A stretch of 64,000 bases of DNA. Source: Amoebidium appalachense. Its lineage: Eukaryota > Protista > Ichthyosporea. This document shows positions 41,231-62,161 of the stretch, one piece after another. Where the stretch lies: contig CAVNZM010000004.1 of assembly GCA_963693365.1 (NCBI GenBank), positions 7,973,093 to 8,037,092 on the forward strand, written 5' to 3'. Numbering within the stretch: position 1 is the first letter of the stretch; each line of letters opens with the position of its first letter. The notes under the pieces are model-generated. The model saw only the letters and a list, made by a program, of their open reading frames with translations, was not told the origin of the DNA and searched no databases. Position numbers and translations under genes: made by a program.

Positions 41231-43450
41231 AACCTTTAACGGTTACTATTACCTTTGGTTGTAACATAATACATCCGTGTATTTATATTTATTCACACTT
41301 GTAAACTGTGTGAGCCGCTGCTTTGATTACAGTGGGCTCAGTTCAGGCAGAATCTGACCGGTCCCCCGCTCGGCTGAGTCGGCTCGCTCAAAAGAATGTC
41401 GGGACAGAAATAGCAACAGCTCGAATCGATGCACACATGGAATATTAATCTCATTGGAATCCTTGAAAAACGTTGTAAATCATCTTTTTTACAGCTACAT
41501 TATTTTTATGTTTTTATATAGCCTGATTTCTTCACTTTTGCCAACTCAAGTATTAAAAGTTTATAAGGGGGCTTATGCTTATTTCATTAGCATTGGAGTA
41601 TTGAGCCATTGAGCCAGTAAGATGGGGACAGTACTGGGCGCAATCACATCTCATTGGCTCACTCGGTGTCCAATCATCTGGCGGTATGCCACCACAAGGG
41701 GTTTGTGTGGTGTCTCAATCAGTACGCACTCTTTTTGCTCTTGGTCAAAGAAAAGGAAACTTTTGAACTTGATTTGAAAGAAACAACGTGGAAATTTCAG
41801 GCGCTCCCAGTGGCAGAGCTTGAAGTTTCTTACAGTCAGGTCATTTTGCACAAACTGCATGGACTCAGCCGTGTACGCGCAGGCAGCATCCGGAATAATA
41901 CATGTGCATCATGTGCATTTCAGCATGCTCTGTCACCTGCACACCGTTACACCCGGATGTCACCCACGCCTACTATTTATGGCGTACACAGCATCTTGAA
42001 TATCCCAATTAGGCAAACGCGTGGGGCTGCACAGTGTATGCTGCCTCCCCTGCCCCGGGGGAGGAGGGGCGGGGGGGTGGGGGTGGGGGACTGGGGGGAG
42101 AAGTCCGAGCCCTTTATGAGCCACCATTCAAAGACTCTCAGCCCCAGGCCGAACGGTTCCCCAGCACATCCAGATCGTTACTATACCCAACAAACTCGTG
42201 TATGATACCGATGACGGTCACTCAGTCAGTATATATGTCCTTTCTACTTCAGATCCCACCTTCACGTCGCAAGAGGTTTTTTGTTGAAAAGTGCACGTGT
42301 TGTTGTTTGGGGGGGGAGGCGGGGGCCGGGGGTAGGGGGGGTAGGGGGGGGGGGGGGGTCAGGGAGGGGGGTTTAGAAGAAAATTTTGTTTTGTGTTGTG
42401 TCATCTTCAATTTTAGGATTTAGGGGCGGGGGCAAGGGCGAGGGGTGTCAAGGGGGGAAGGGAGGGAGGACTTGATCACTCAAGGGGGGAGAGGGGGCCG
42501 GGGGGGGGGGGGGGGGGGGCGGGGGGGCGGGGGGATCCCCGGGGGAGGGGGAGGGCGTCGACCACGGCCCGAGCCTGCACGGCCCCCTTCCGCCGGAAGG
42601 GGATTGGGGTTTTACACAGTCCAAACATTGGGGAAACGGATGGAAGTCCCACTGCGCCTGCCCCTCGTGTGCACACATATGGTTTATTACTGCGTTTTCC
42701 AGCACGAACGGCTTGTTACATAGACGAAGGGTGCCGCATGCGCCGGCCGGTCGGCCTTTGGGCAGGCTATACCGGCAACGGAATTCCAGGATATATATGC
42801 ACCAACGTTTCACGTGAATGCACGTAGAGGCTCAGAAAACTCAATGAAACACCCAGTAAACCATACTGAGCCGAATCTAGCTGAAAGTCTATCACTGAGA
42901 ACCCATCTCCTGAACTGAGGAGCATCCGCTGTTAGAGACTCTACATAGCTAGGAAAAAAAGCTAGCTAGGCTAACTAGGGGGAGTACCCCCGTGAGCAAC
43001 ACCACATCTACCCCCTATAAGGTACCACGGAACAAGGTATTTATTTTGGTGGGGCCTGTAGGCAAACGTCATAACACCACAAGTGACTGAGCTAAACTAT
43101 TGTAATGTCATACGTTCACAAATTAAAAGCGTCTACCTGACAATTAGCTATCCAAAGTCTATCACGCATATATGATGCTAGGCTCCTCCCCCTCCCTTGC
43201 CGGGTTACCAAACTAAGAGAGGTCCTCGTAAACACCCATCATTACTGGTTAAAAAAAAAAAAAACGGCCTTACAGTTAGGCTAAACCCACATGGTACTGC
43301 AGCTAATTACTGTGGTTGCTCCGGATATATCGATCAGGAAGTGCACAAGCGAATTCCAGACATTTATAATCTAAGGCATCCGAGAAATATAGAGAGAGAG
43401 AGACAGAGAGGGTGGGGACCTGGTTGGGGAAGGAGGAACCCAAGTTCGGG

Positions 43451-43536
<86 letters not shown>

Positions 43537-43699
43537 TATTAGTAACCGTTTGCACCCGAGCATGCACAGGTGTCTCGGATCCCAAGGGACCCCCCGCCTC
43601 CCCCCCCCCCCCCCCTCCCCCCCCCCCCCCCCCCCGGCCCACCACCCCCTCCTTCCCCTCCACCCCTCCCCAAACCCTCCCCTCCGTTCCCCCCCTTCG

Positions 43700-43919
43700 G
43701 GTTCCGGCCCCCAAAACAAAGCGGAATAAAAGAGATTAATGTTTTTAGCACTCTTCGATACTGCTTTGATTTGCATCGAAATCACCAAACGTGTACATTC
43801 AATTGCAACTTCGGAAGCTTTAGAGTAATGCAGGGTGCTACAGCTATTGTATGACTAAGTATCCGAAAATTTTTATTCGGACTGCCCCCCCCTCCCCCCC
43901 CGCTACCCCCTCACTCCTT

Positions 43920-43951
<32 letters not shown>

Positions 43952-44692
43952 CCCTCCCCCCCTCTTAAAACGAGAGAGAGAGAGAGAGAGATGGACGGAC
44001 AGCTAGAAAAACAAAAAAGAAATTTCAAAGAAAGAAAGGATAAAAAGAACCCGTCTCCACAGGGCCTCCGTGTCTATCTATGCCCCATTGTGTCTGTTAC
44101 ATGCACCGTGAATCAGATGTTGCCTTTTTTTTTCACTTCGTGTGATCAGTGACTCTCGTGGCAACTTCAAACATCCCCCCCCCCCCCCCCCCCTCCCCCC
44201 CTCCCCCTTCTCCCCCGCGCCCCGGCCCACAAAACAAAGGGAAACAATATAGGTCAAAGTTTTTGGCTCTCTGCAAAACTGCAATATTGGTTTGCATCGA
44301 AATCTCCAAACGTATACACTCAACTAAACTATGAAAGCTTTAGAGTAATCACAGCAGGTTAGCTATTGTAGTAGTGAATACTAGTATTAAACTACCCGAA
44401 AACTTTCATTTCGGACTTGCCTCCCCTCCCCCCCCTCCCCCCCCCCCCCCCCCGTCTACCCCTCACTCCCCCTCCCCCCCCTCCCACCCAGCCCAAAAAA
44501 AAAGAGGGGGGACAGCTAGAAAAACGAAAAAGAAAGAAAGAAAGGATTAAAAAAACCCGTCTTCACAAGGACTCCGAGCCTATCTATGCCCACTTGTGTC
44601 TGTCACATGCACCGAGAATCACGATTGCTACTTTTTGACCACTCTTTCTAATCAAACGTGTGTTCAGTAACACTTGTGGCAACTTCAAACAC
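43700..44692 (+). repeat. Diverged tandem duplication of a ~470-bp unit, each unit interrupted and followed by C-runs
   Basis: 43700-44172 and 44222-44692 share tttgcatcgaaatc, aagctttagagtaat, ggacagctagaaaa, acatgcaccg and gtggcaacttcaaaca. Confidence 0.85.
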
Positions 44693-47600
44693 CCCCACAT
44701 CCCCCCCTCCCCCCTCTCCCCCCCCTCCCCCCACCTCCCCCTTCCCCTCCCCCCCCCCCCCCTCCCTCCCTCCCTCCCCCCCCCCCCCCCCCCGCCGCCG
44801 CCGCCGCCGCATCCTGCCCGAGTCCCCACCCTATAGTATGATCTCGTCACAACCACCTCCCTTACTTGTACCCGTCTTGCATCGCATGTGTTTGTATGAT
44901 GCCTTACTAAGACACCCTCCCCCCCCCCCCCCCCCCCCCCCCCCGCTCTCCCCCCCCGAACCCCCCCTCGCCTCTCTTTCTTATCTCTCCCTCCCTCCTT
45001 CCCCCCCCCCTCTCTGTCCCTTCCCCCACCTGTCTCTTTCTTCTTTCTCTCCCCCCTCCCCCCCCCCCCCCCCCCCCTCTCTCCCCCCTCCCCCCCCCCC
45101 CCTTCCCCCAATCCCCCCCCCCTTCTCATTCTCTCTCTCGCAAGCACCCACACACAGACACCACACTTCGCATCCTCACACCTCAAATACAAACACGAAA
45201 ACTCGTTCAAATGGTTATAGTCACGCACTTTAAGTTAACAAGTAGAATGACAAGCAATCTGAAAAAGAACTACACAGATAGACTGATGATATCCAGGACA
45301 GACACTGTGATTCGCGCACGTCCGCACACATGCACGCACTCGCGCACACACACGTACACACGTCCGCATGCAAGCACGCACGCACGCACGCACACACGTA
45401 CACACGTACGCTTGCACACATGCACGCACACACACACACACGTATACACGTACGCAGGCACGCATGCACGCAGGCACTCACTTTTTTCAACCACAGCAAG
45501 GACACTCATATCCTACACACACACACCCACGTTTTCAACTGCCACTGTATGATAAATTTAAGGTGTGGTGGTACTATCATCAGGTGCGATCATACACATA
45601 GACACACAATTCACCTGCCCTCGTTTCTCAGTCATAAACCAACGGTCTCTCTCTTTCTCCCCCGACGACGACGACAGTGAGAGATACAAAGGGGGAGTGA
45701 GACCCTAACAAAGCGTCCGTGTGTGCATAATGCCACAGTCGCATATGTGATGATATCTTCTTTTATAGGCATATGGAAATATTACCATATAAAGCTGGCA
45801 CGTACTGACGGTGCCTGGGCTGCTTTGAACTTCACGTTCGCCTCACACCCACTTACACTCTCGCGACCGCGTGCATGCTTTCTCTCGCGGCGGCTCTACG
45901 GTCCCGAGAGTCCAGTGTTCGCTGTGTGTGTAAGGAAAAATACGAGTCACCTCAGTAGGTGACAGCATATAAAGGCATCCTGAGGAAATGACGGCCGCTG
46001 AGTCTTTAACGTTACTGTAGGTCAACTGCCAACCACTCAGTAGGATTTCGCGAACCAATGACATCACATATCTAATTTGAGATATTCCTAAGCTTCGGTT
46101 ATACATAAACGGGTTGCAAATGTTAACGTTAGACAAAATGTGTGCACCGACGGTTTGATTATTTATTGCTGTTGGCCGTCATCTGACGGTCTGAGGTCCG
46201 GCGGCCCCATTTGATCGAACTAACGGCCCCGTCGGTACCGCGTTTTCCAAGTGCAGCCACTTATATGGTGGCATTTGTAAGTACAAAATGCCATGGGAGG
46301 CTCAACATCATAAGTTAAGTACTTTGCGATGAGCATACTGTTCATCGATAGGGATACCCCTTCCCCCACCACCACCAATCACACACACGCACGGCACCAC
46401 CACCATAAGAATGTGGATGCGGTTCATGTTCACGTTTTGGCAGCCGCTGTCCTACTTTAATTAAGGAATTTATGGCCTGGACCCCCAGGAGTGCCAGAGT
46501 ATACAACAATAGTGCACGAGTTGGCATATGCATTTCGCACGCACGTGCACAGCACGATTCTTCATTAGTTGCACATCTTTGGTTTACACAGGTTGCACGA
46601 GCACATAGCATACATAGTTAGGTACGATCGTTTATTTGTGCTTTATCTCCCTTTATTTCATAAGCATGTCCGGCATGCTCTTGTTTGCCCTCTGTTATTC
46701 ATTAGGCACGTGTGGTATTCATAGTTTGTTTAGCTATTGGCGATAGCGAGAGGAAAGCACGCATCCGACGATTGTTGTGCATGCTTTTCATGTTTTCTGT
46801 GTTTTGTCTGCGATTGGACCGTATGAGGGGAATGCAGTTTGATTTCCGTTCATGTACGTGTCGTTATATGATTGGTCAGATTTATAGTATTCATAGTATT
46901 TGCCAATCAGATGCGCAAATACCTTTGGATAGATCTGTATTCATGGAATCTGCCTGCGGCAGATAAATAGTTGAGAATCGAGCATAATAAATTAGACGTA
47001 GATTGACAGAACATGCAACTGTGTTTCTACCTCTCCACACTACCCTCTCTGTTAGTGCTGTGGCATCGTGCATTGCCCAGCACCACTCTGCACGTGTTTA
47101 TGTCTGTTAGTTTAGTGGCCTGATCACCCACGTATACTCTCATTCATATGCATGTGTGCCCAGGTACGTGTTAGTTGTAGTGTGTGCACTCTGCTAGTCA
47201 GGCGAGAATAGTAGGGGCTTTTGCCGTAAGTCAGCACTTTTCTTGCAAGGAGAAGGGGGGAGGGGGGGGGGGGGGGGGGGAGGGGGCGGGGGGAGGGGGG
47301 AGGGCGGGGAAGGGGGGAGGGGGGGGGTGGAGGGGATGGGGGCCTAGGCCTACCTGGGGGCTTCCGGGGGGGGGGGGGGGGGGGGGGGGGGTGCGCGTGG
47401 GAAGCCCGGGGGTGGGGCGGGGTGGGTTGTGTGTGTTTGGGAGAGGGGGGGATGAGGGGCCGTGGGCATGACATGACGCATATCTAAGATGGGGCACGGG
47501 AAGAGAGGGAAGGGGAGGGGGAGGGGGGGGGGGGGGGGGGGGGGCAAGCATGAGAACAAATCATCCAGTCCACCAACAAGAACATCCTATAGCTACTCAT

Positions 47601-48908
47601 GATCTGCTTGTAGCCGTGGTGCATATATAGTCTTTGAAAGCCCTAATCAAGACCGATTAGGCCTTGTCATGTACATCTTCGTGGGCACTCTCAATGGCCC
47701 GGAGCCCCCGGGGGGTGGGGGGTGGGGTGAGGGGGAGGGGGGAGAGGGGAGGGTGGGGGTGAGGGGAGGGTTGGCCGGGGGCGGCCGGGCCCGGGTGCTG
47801 GGAGGGGAGGAGGGGGAGGGGGAGGGGGGCTAAGATCTAAGGGGCAGCGGCCCCCGGGGAGGGAGGGAGAATGGGGATAGGGAGCGGAGGTAGGGTGGGG
47901 AGGGGGGAGGGGTCTGATAAAAAGGGCCGGGGGAGGGGGAGGGGGGAGGGGGAGGAGGGGGGGATTAGTGGGAGAGGGAGGGGAAAGGGTTGTCTTTTTT
48001 TTTTTTTTTGTGTGTGTGTGTGGGGGGGGGGGGGGGGGGGGGGGGGGGAGGGGAAGGGGGGGGGGGGGGGGGGGGGGGGGGCATGAATGAGAAACTTTGA
48101 TGAGTTGGACTCAGTCTGCCATAAAAATGTCACTGTTTTATAAACATCGGTTTGGCCGCCAGCATTTCGTTATTGGTAGCTGGGATTCTTAATAACGGAC
48201 GGCTTCTGCAATACAGTATGTTGAAATAGTCAGGCAGGCGAGGTAATCATGGGCTCCTTATCATGTAGAGCGGATCACTGTGAAAAGAAATTTCAAGCAA
48301 CGGATCACAATGCGACTCAGCCCAGTCAGGCCGCATTATAGAGAAGTGCATGTATGTAGCTTGCCTACGACTGGTATTAAGTACTGTATGTAATAGTAAA
48401 TTAGATAAGGCAGCTATCGCTGTATGTGGGCTTCAAATACTAAAAATGATATTTCTGATAAGACTGTTTCGAGAGCAGCTGCCGGTACCCACGTGTGTGC
48501 GTCCAAAACAGATGTGTGACTCCACCCTTGAAAATAAGAGCTACGGTAACCTTTAAAAATTTAAAAGTTAGCAGCATTGAGTTTCTATAATCATCATGCA
48601 TATGCCACATGTAATGGTGTGTGTGTGTGTTGACCTAGGCAAAACTTTGTATGTGTGTGAATGTGTGTGTGTGTGAAGGGGAGGAGGGGGGGGAGGGGGG
48701 TGGCTTCTCAGACTCAAAACGGGAATTTGCTTCAAAACGTGCATTGCCAATGTCTTGTTTATTACAGAGTCAAATCATTAGTATAATTTAAATTTTTATT
48801 TTAATTTAAATCTTATTTTTAGGGAGGGGGGGTAGGGGAGGGGGGAGGGGGAAAGGGGGGGAGGGGGGGGGGGGGGGGCAGGGGCAGGAGGAATTGTTCG
48901 AAGGAGGT

Positions 48909-48949
<41 letters not shown>

Positions 48950-48959
48950 GGAGGAGGGG

Positions 48960-48995
<36 letters not shown>

Positions 48996-49039
48996 CGGCT
49001 TTAACAATTTGTGGGTGGGACCCCTACATTGATTAGAAA

Positions 49040-49137
49040 AGAGCAGAGTTACTGATAGTAATAATCATTAGTAGGCAACAGGCAAGGGCAGTGGGAAAGG
49101 CCGGGGCCGGGTTGGCAGCAGAAAGCGGAAGCAAGAG
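49040..49137 (-). mobile_element. Internal, degenerate fragment related to the subfamily D 5' region
   Basis: caggcaagggcagtgggaaaggccgggg...gcagcag.aagc.gaagcaaga matches 38550-38608. Confidence 0.65.
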
Positions 49138-49926
49138 AGGGGGTGAAGGGGGGTTGTTTCTCACAGTGACGCGTGCAGCGCTGCTCTCAGACCGCAGTAC
49201 CACTGAAAATATCAAAAGAGGAGTACGGTGCAGGACAGAAAAAAGGGATTTGGTTGAGAGGGATGGAGGGGGGGGGGGGGGGGAGGGAGGGGAAAGAGAG
49301 AAAGAGAGGGGGGGGGGTGGGGAGGGAGGGAAAAGAGAGAAAGAGAGGGGGGCGGGGGGGTGGAAGGGTTGGGGCACGCACGTGGGAAGACTCGGAGACC
49401 ATATGGTATTTATATAGCAACTCAAAGGATTGTTTTTGTGTACAAGTATGGGGCTGTGCAATGATGATGGAAGGAGGTCTCTGCATCTAAATGACACGTC
49501 ATATGAAAGCCTCCCCCCCCCCCCTGCAAATACAACCGGGGCACTGTGAAACAAAACCTTGTTGCTTTAACGAGGTATTCTCCACAAATACAAACTGATG
49601 TGCAAGCCTATTTTAACGGTAGAAATAATCTGTTGTTTGGGATACACAGGATCTACACAGTATTGCCTATGTCCAATCAATATATTCAGTGACTATGGGA
49701 AAACAGTCCAATAAGCTACAAACTAAACTTTGCTTACATTACAACTATAGTTTTTTGATGACCCCTCCTCCCCCACTCCCCCCCCCCCCCCCCCACCACC
49801 TCCCTTTTTTTTCATGGTGAACAGAAAATCTCTAAAGCTTACACCCACTATTATGGTGTCAGTTTAAAAGTGTTCTTCTGACAGTTTGGGCTGCATTCAC
49901 GTGACCAAAACCTCAAGGCAATCCCA

Positions 49927-51159
49927 TCAATTTGCGCAGCAGAATTCGGTGCCGCACGCCATGGTTGAGCTAGCCCGTGGCTTGCACCTCAGCATTCCCT
50001 TGGTTTTCGGGTCCGAATAATACGTGTTGCATCTTACAATATCAGAACACAGCACAAAGGAAGAAGACGAGTAGTCAGGTGTCGGGTCGGGTTTTGGGAC
50101 AACTTGAGTCGTGGTTTTCTTTGCAGTAGTTTTTGTAATTTTGTCGGGTTGCGGATTGTTTGCGGCGCAGCAGTAGCCCGTCGTGCAGGCACCCGTCCCG
50201 GTATACGTATACCCTTGGCCCTGTTTGCATTTCTTGCTGCCCCCGTCCGAAGAATCCTTCTTGTATTTCGAGCACGCAACCACCGTGTCGCACCGAGCGA
50301 TCTTAGTGGGGACGATGTCAGCCTGGGCAGCATTCGTTTTGCAGCAGAATTTCTTCGAGCAAGTGGTAGACAACCCCTTGACCATCTGGCAGCGCAAGAT
50401 ACCCTTGTCTATGGGGTCTATGTAGTACGTCTTGCACGACTTGATCACCTTGCTACACCTCACAACAGTGGTGGTAGGCGTAGGATCGGCGGCGATGGAT
50501 GAGGTGGTAGGGGGAGGTGGGGGAGGAGCACAACACGTGTTGTTCATGCATGATTGAGTGGACCCTGTGCGCGGCTTGCACCGCATTATACCCCCCTTCT
50601 TGTCGTCGACTTTGTAGTAGGAGCAATTCACAGCTGTGTTGCACCGAACGAAAGAATTCCCTGTGTTTGAATTTGCGCCTGAGGCGATAACCAAAGGCAC
50701 GGCGTCGGCGGAGATTGCCTGATCGGTCGTATCTGTGAAATCGATGAAGTATGAGTTGTCAGAGTTGTCTACGCTGGGCACGTCCACTTCGCCCGAATTC
50801 GCCGTGTCGGTGTTTCCCGCGCTATCCGTGCTGGTTTCAGTGACGTCTGTGTTGTCTGTGTTGTCTGTGTTTCCTGAGTTGTCCGTGTTTTCAGAGGTGG
50901 AGGAGTCGCTGTTGTCTCCGCTGTCGTCTGTATTTTCGTTGTTGCTGCTGGTGTCATAATTGCAGCAGTAGTCAGTGGAGCACGCCATGGTGGAGGTTTT
51001 GCGCGGTTTGCAGCGCCTAATTCCACCGACCTTGGGGTCGTCGTTGTATGATGAACATTCAATGATGTCGTTGCAACGAACGAAACTGGACGCCGAGAAA
51101 ACGGTTTGGGAAAGGGTGAGAACGGCCACGAGGCACGCGGCAAGGGCTTGCTGCTTCAT
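49927..51159 (-). CDS. Intronless secreted cysteine-rich repeat protein, 410 aa, five 6-Cys repeats
   Basis: Clean ORF with a signal-peptide-like N-terminus (MKQQALAACLVAVLTLSQTVFSA). Five units of (F)VRC-x5/6-C-x2-Y-x2-D-x4/5-G-x3-C-x9-14-C-x4-CC, joined by D/N/S/T-rich and P/T-rich linkers. Confidence 0.9.
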   Translation of the reverse strand: MKQQALAACLVAVLTLSQTVFSASSFVRCNDIIECSSYNDDPKVGGIRRCKPRKTSTMACSTDYCCNYDTSSNNENTDDSGDNSDSSTSENTDNSGNTDNTDNTDVTETSTDSAGNTDTANSGEVDVPSVDNSDNSYFIDFTDTTDQAISADAVPLVIASGANSNTGNSFVRCNTAVNCSYYKVDDKKGGIMRCKPRTGSTQSCMNNTCCAPPPPPPTTSSIAADPTPTTTVVRCSKVIKSCKTYYIDPIDKGILRCQMVKGLSTTCSKKFCCKTNAAQADIVPTKIARCDTVVACSKYKKDSSDGGSKKCKQGQGYTYTGTGACTTGYCCAANNPQPDKITKTTAKKTTTQVVPKPDPTPDYSSSSFVLCSDIVRCNTYYSDPKTKGMLRCKPRASSTMACGTEFCCAN

Positions 51160-52084
51160 TTTGATGTGGGTGTGTAGGGAATGTAAGTGACCTCCCTTTT
51201 TATTGTGTTTCTCCTATGTGGATGAAAAGTAAGCACGAAGGTCCGAATGTAGATATAAAGAAAAAGCAATAACTAGTCACTCGGATGGGATTTAAACGAG
51301 GACGCACTGGAATAGAGGAACGTTTGAGCTCGAGAATGAACATAAACCTACTAACAATAAATCGAAACGTTTATGCACTACGGAATAAAAACACAAGCCA
51401 CAGAGGATATAACAACAGCGTTCCGTGCAATTTCACAAACAAAATGTACACTTTTCCGAACCTGCCGGTGTATTTTGTTTTGAAGAGTCAGCCTGGACCA
51501 AACATTTGGCAACACTTCTCCGACATGTTCTTCGTATTATACCAGCTTGGTGGTGCGCGATTTGATTGGCTCTTCGAACTACTTGCCGTTGGTCTCCCTA
51601 CATCCTCCGGGATTGTTCGTGAGCCCAGCTGCAGGCCAAACAGAAACTGCCAAGAAAGATCATGCATAGCGGTTGTGTTTTCCGAAAAGAAGCAGACTGT
51701 TTCACTTTTAGAGTAATAGCATGGAACAAGTTTTACATTCACATACATAAGCGGTCTGGCTCAAGGGGCTTGACAGCCTAATGTCTTTGTAAACATTTTT
51801 CAAGATCGAAAGGTAATTTCCAAACCGTCATCTAAGAGTAAGAAACTTCAAATTCGAATCTGATAATTTGAGCACCTTTGCAGAGTACTGTACTCACACA
51901 TTTATATCATTGAAGTATAACAGAATCTAAAGTCTTTGTTTTTTGATCTTTTATCTTATTAGCTGCTGTACAGGCAGTGACCACATAACGACTCGTCTCT
52001 AATTGGGAGCTCTGAGTAGCTCAGTATAGACCTGCTACAAAGTCTGCTACAAAGCCCACTCCATTGAGGTTTAGGGTGTAATGT

Positions 52085-52140
52085 TATTGGCCAATCAAAC
52101 CGCGTATAGGACTTCCGAATAGATCTGGCCAATCAAATCT
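52085..52140. promoter_or_regulatory. Paired CCAAT boxes (GGCCAATCAAA twice)
   Basis: ggccaatcaaa at ~52089 and ~52127, about 0.95 kb upstream of the Cys-rich gene. The same CCAATCAAA word recurs in the CDC6 promoter. Confidence 0.4.
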
Positions 52141-53848
52141 GAGTGACTCCCACCAGAAAAACAAAACAACAAAACAAGCCCGACAACTAGGCCCGCACAG
52201 GACCACACGTGAACCGATGTAATAGGGAAAAGACATAAATCAATACCTCAAAAATATATTTGAGCTTTTTTGGATGGGCAAATATGGATATTATGATACT
52301 ACCAGTGGATTGTTTTCAGCCAGACAGCTGAGACAGGCTGCTCCAAACAAACAGCATTCTTAAGTGATACAGAAAGAACCAATGAAAAACGACGCTCGAA
52401 CAAATTGTTCCAGGTCCTCTTGTACCTCGGTGCTACCCTCAATGTACCTCCATGGCCAGAGCTGCTGTAGGCCTACATGTATGTAACATCAGGTAGCGCA
52501 TCATGATCAGGTAACATCTGCAAAGGCCAACGTGGAAAGAGAACACGTTGGGCAACATGCATATGTACTACGCATACATATGTGTCAGCAGGCACACACA
52601 CAAGCAGGCACATGGCACAATAATCAACACATGTGCACGTGCAAAATAGCATACATAACGTGCCACTGGCCCGCCCATAGCCATGGTGGATCCGGACATA
52701 CCAACCTGTAGTAGATCGGGTGCACGTGTCAATATGTAAGTGCCGGTCGAGTCACATGGATATGTACATCCCCCCCCCCCCCCCCCCCCCCCCCTTCCCC
52801 TCCTTCCCCCCACACTAAAAAGACATGCACACACGCACGCACACCGTCCACCGTGCCACGCACACACACGCACACACACACACCCGTGCGCACTGTTTCA
52901 CACAGTGTCACACACACACGTGCACCCACAAACACACACGTACACACGCACAAACACACACACGCACAACACACGCACCCACCCAACGTACCCCACACAC
53001 GTGCACACGCATGCACAAACACGCGCAAATTTTAAACACACGCATGCACGCACACATGCGCGCGCACACACGCACGCACACACACGCACACGCACACGTA
53101 CACACGCACACACACACACACACACACACGCGCGCAAACACGCACGCACGCACGCACACACACAGTCTAATACCACGGTCATTCGCAGCACGCACACACG
53201 TAGTGTCGCCCCCTGGAGACAACCCGCACAACCACATGCCACCATATGCATCACCCAGCGTGACGTGCACAAATATACACATGCATGATCGCATCACACG
53301 ATGGTGTATGCCGGCGTGTAGTAGGAGAAGAGTGAGTACAAGTACATGACATTGTGTGTCAGTGCGTGGAGTAGGGTCACGCGCGGATGGGGAAGTGGGA
53401 GGAGGATGGTGATGGTGGTGGTGGTGGTGGTGGTAGTGGGCGAGCGGGACGAGGGGGGGGAGGAGGGGGGAAGGGGGTAAGAATAAATGCACATTACACA
53501 CCAATATATTCACCCCGCTACTACGTCCTGCAGTAATTATAAGATGCACACAAGATTAGGAATGTTGCGCACAAAGTGTTTGCAAATCCCGTTTGTGTGT
53601 GTATGTGTGTGTGTGTGTGGATGTTGGGTAGTCTCCAAGGCTATGTACCCACTGGCTTACGTAAGTGGCCGGGCACTACTATGTCGCCTGCGGCAACATA
53701 AAAGGTATGTTGAGCCGGGCCCGGGCCGCAGGGAGACAGTCACTCAAAGTGATTAGATGTTGGGAGGGAGGGGTGAGGGGGGGGCTAATTTTTGAATATA
53801 GCACAGCATCTCAGTGTCGACATTTTTTTTTTTTTTTTTTTTGGGGGT

Positions 53849-54195
<347 letters not shown>

Positions 54196-54228
54196 GTGGG
54201 GGAGGGGAGGTTGACATCATGAGAAGTT

Positions 54229-54324
54229 CAACTACCTTGTTCATTCAGCTTACAACTACCTTGTTCATTCAGCTTACAACTACCTTGTTCATTCAGCTTA
54301 CAACTACCTTGTTCATTCAGCTTA
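54229..54324. repeat. 24-bp tandem repeat, 4 copies
   Basis: caactaccttgttcattcagctta, four consecutive copies with no spacers. Confidence 0.95.
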
Positions 54325-55206
54325 CTTACAGAAATGGCTCTGCCATCAGATATTTAAAAGCTAATTAAAGAACAACTCGAGATTGTTGCAAACACGCACA
54401 CACCTGCAGTTCACTATCTGAGTCTTAATATATATATGCGGTGCACTGGGAATGCACCCATAATTCCAAAAATGTATGTAGCCGCTAGTATTCCGCTCAA
54501 ACACGTCAGTGGCAAGTGCTCAAAAAACTTCATCAACACAACGAAAAAGTAGACGTCAACATTCCAACAAAAAGCCAAAAAAAAAAAAAAAAAAAAAAAA
54601 AAAGGGAAAAAAAAAAAGAAAGTAAGAAAAGGTGATTAATTTCTTTAACTAACTTAAGTGGCACAGACCTCAAACGGTCTATGCATCAATAATATACTTC
54701 ATTCCATTCTTTGATAACTGTTACTGTAATACGTAGTGGGTTGTTTCTATTTTTCATAGGAACGTAATGTGGCTACCTTTCGGAATAAATCACCGACTCA
54801 AACGCGGATCTTCATCAATAAAGAGTGTCCCCCCCTCCCCCCCTCCCCCCTCCCCCTCCCCCCCTCCCTCCCCCCCCCCCCCCCCCCCCCCCCCCAGATG
54901 AACACAGAAAAACGAAAGACAGGAGGAAGCAAAGAAGGAAAGAAAGAATGCTCTGCATATGTCTCCTTCAACATAGATAGGTACATAGAAAGAGAAAGAA
55001 GCAGGCAATGAAAGCGAAAAATATGGCTAGTGGAAAACATCCTACACTGCAAAAATGCACGTTCTTCATGCTATCACGGGGAACCCCCTTACGATTATTC
55101 ATCTTCACGCTTGCCAGGAACTTCCAGAAACCCGTTACGTGATATCTCAACTATTTGTATTTTACGACTATTCCAACATGGTTATTATCATAAAATTTCG
55201 ACAGAC

Positions 55207-62161
<6,955 letters not shown>

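Noticed and set aside
52340-53720. Possible small minus-strand exons downstream of CDC6
   Set aside because: Splice-like signals exist, but joining them met stop codons and gave no recognisable protein.
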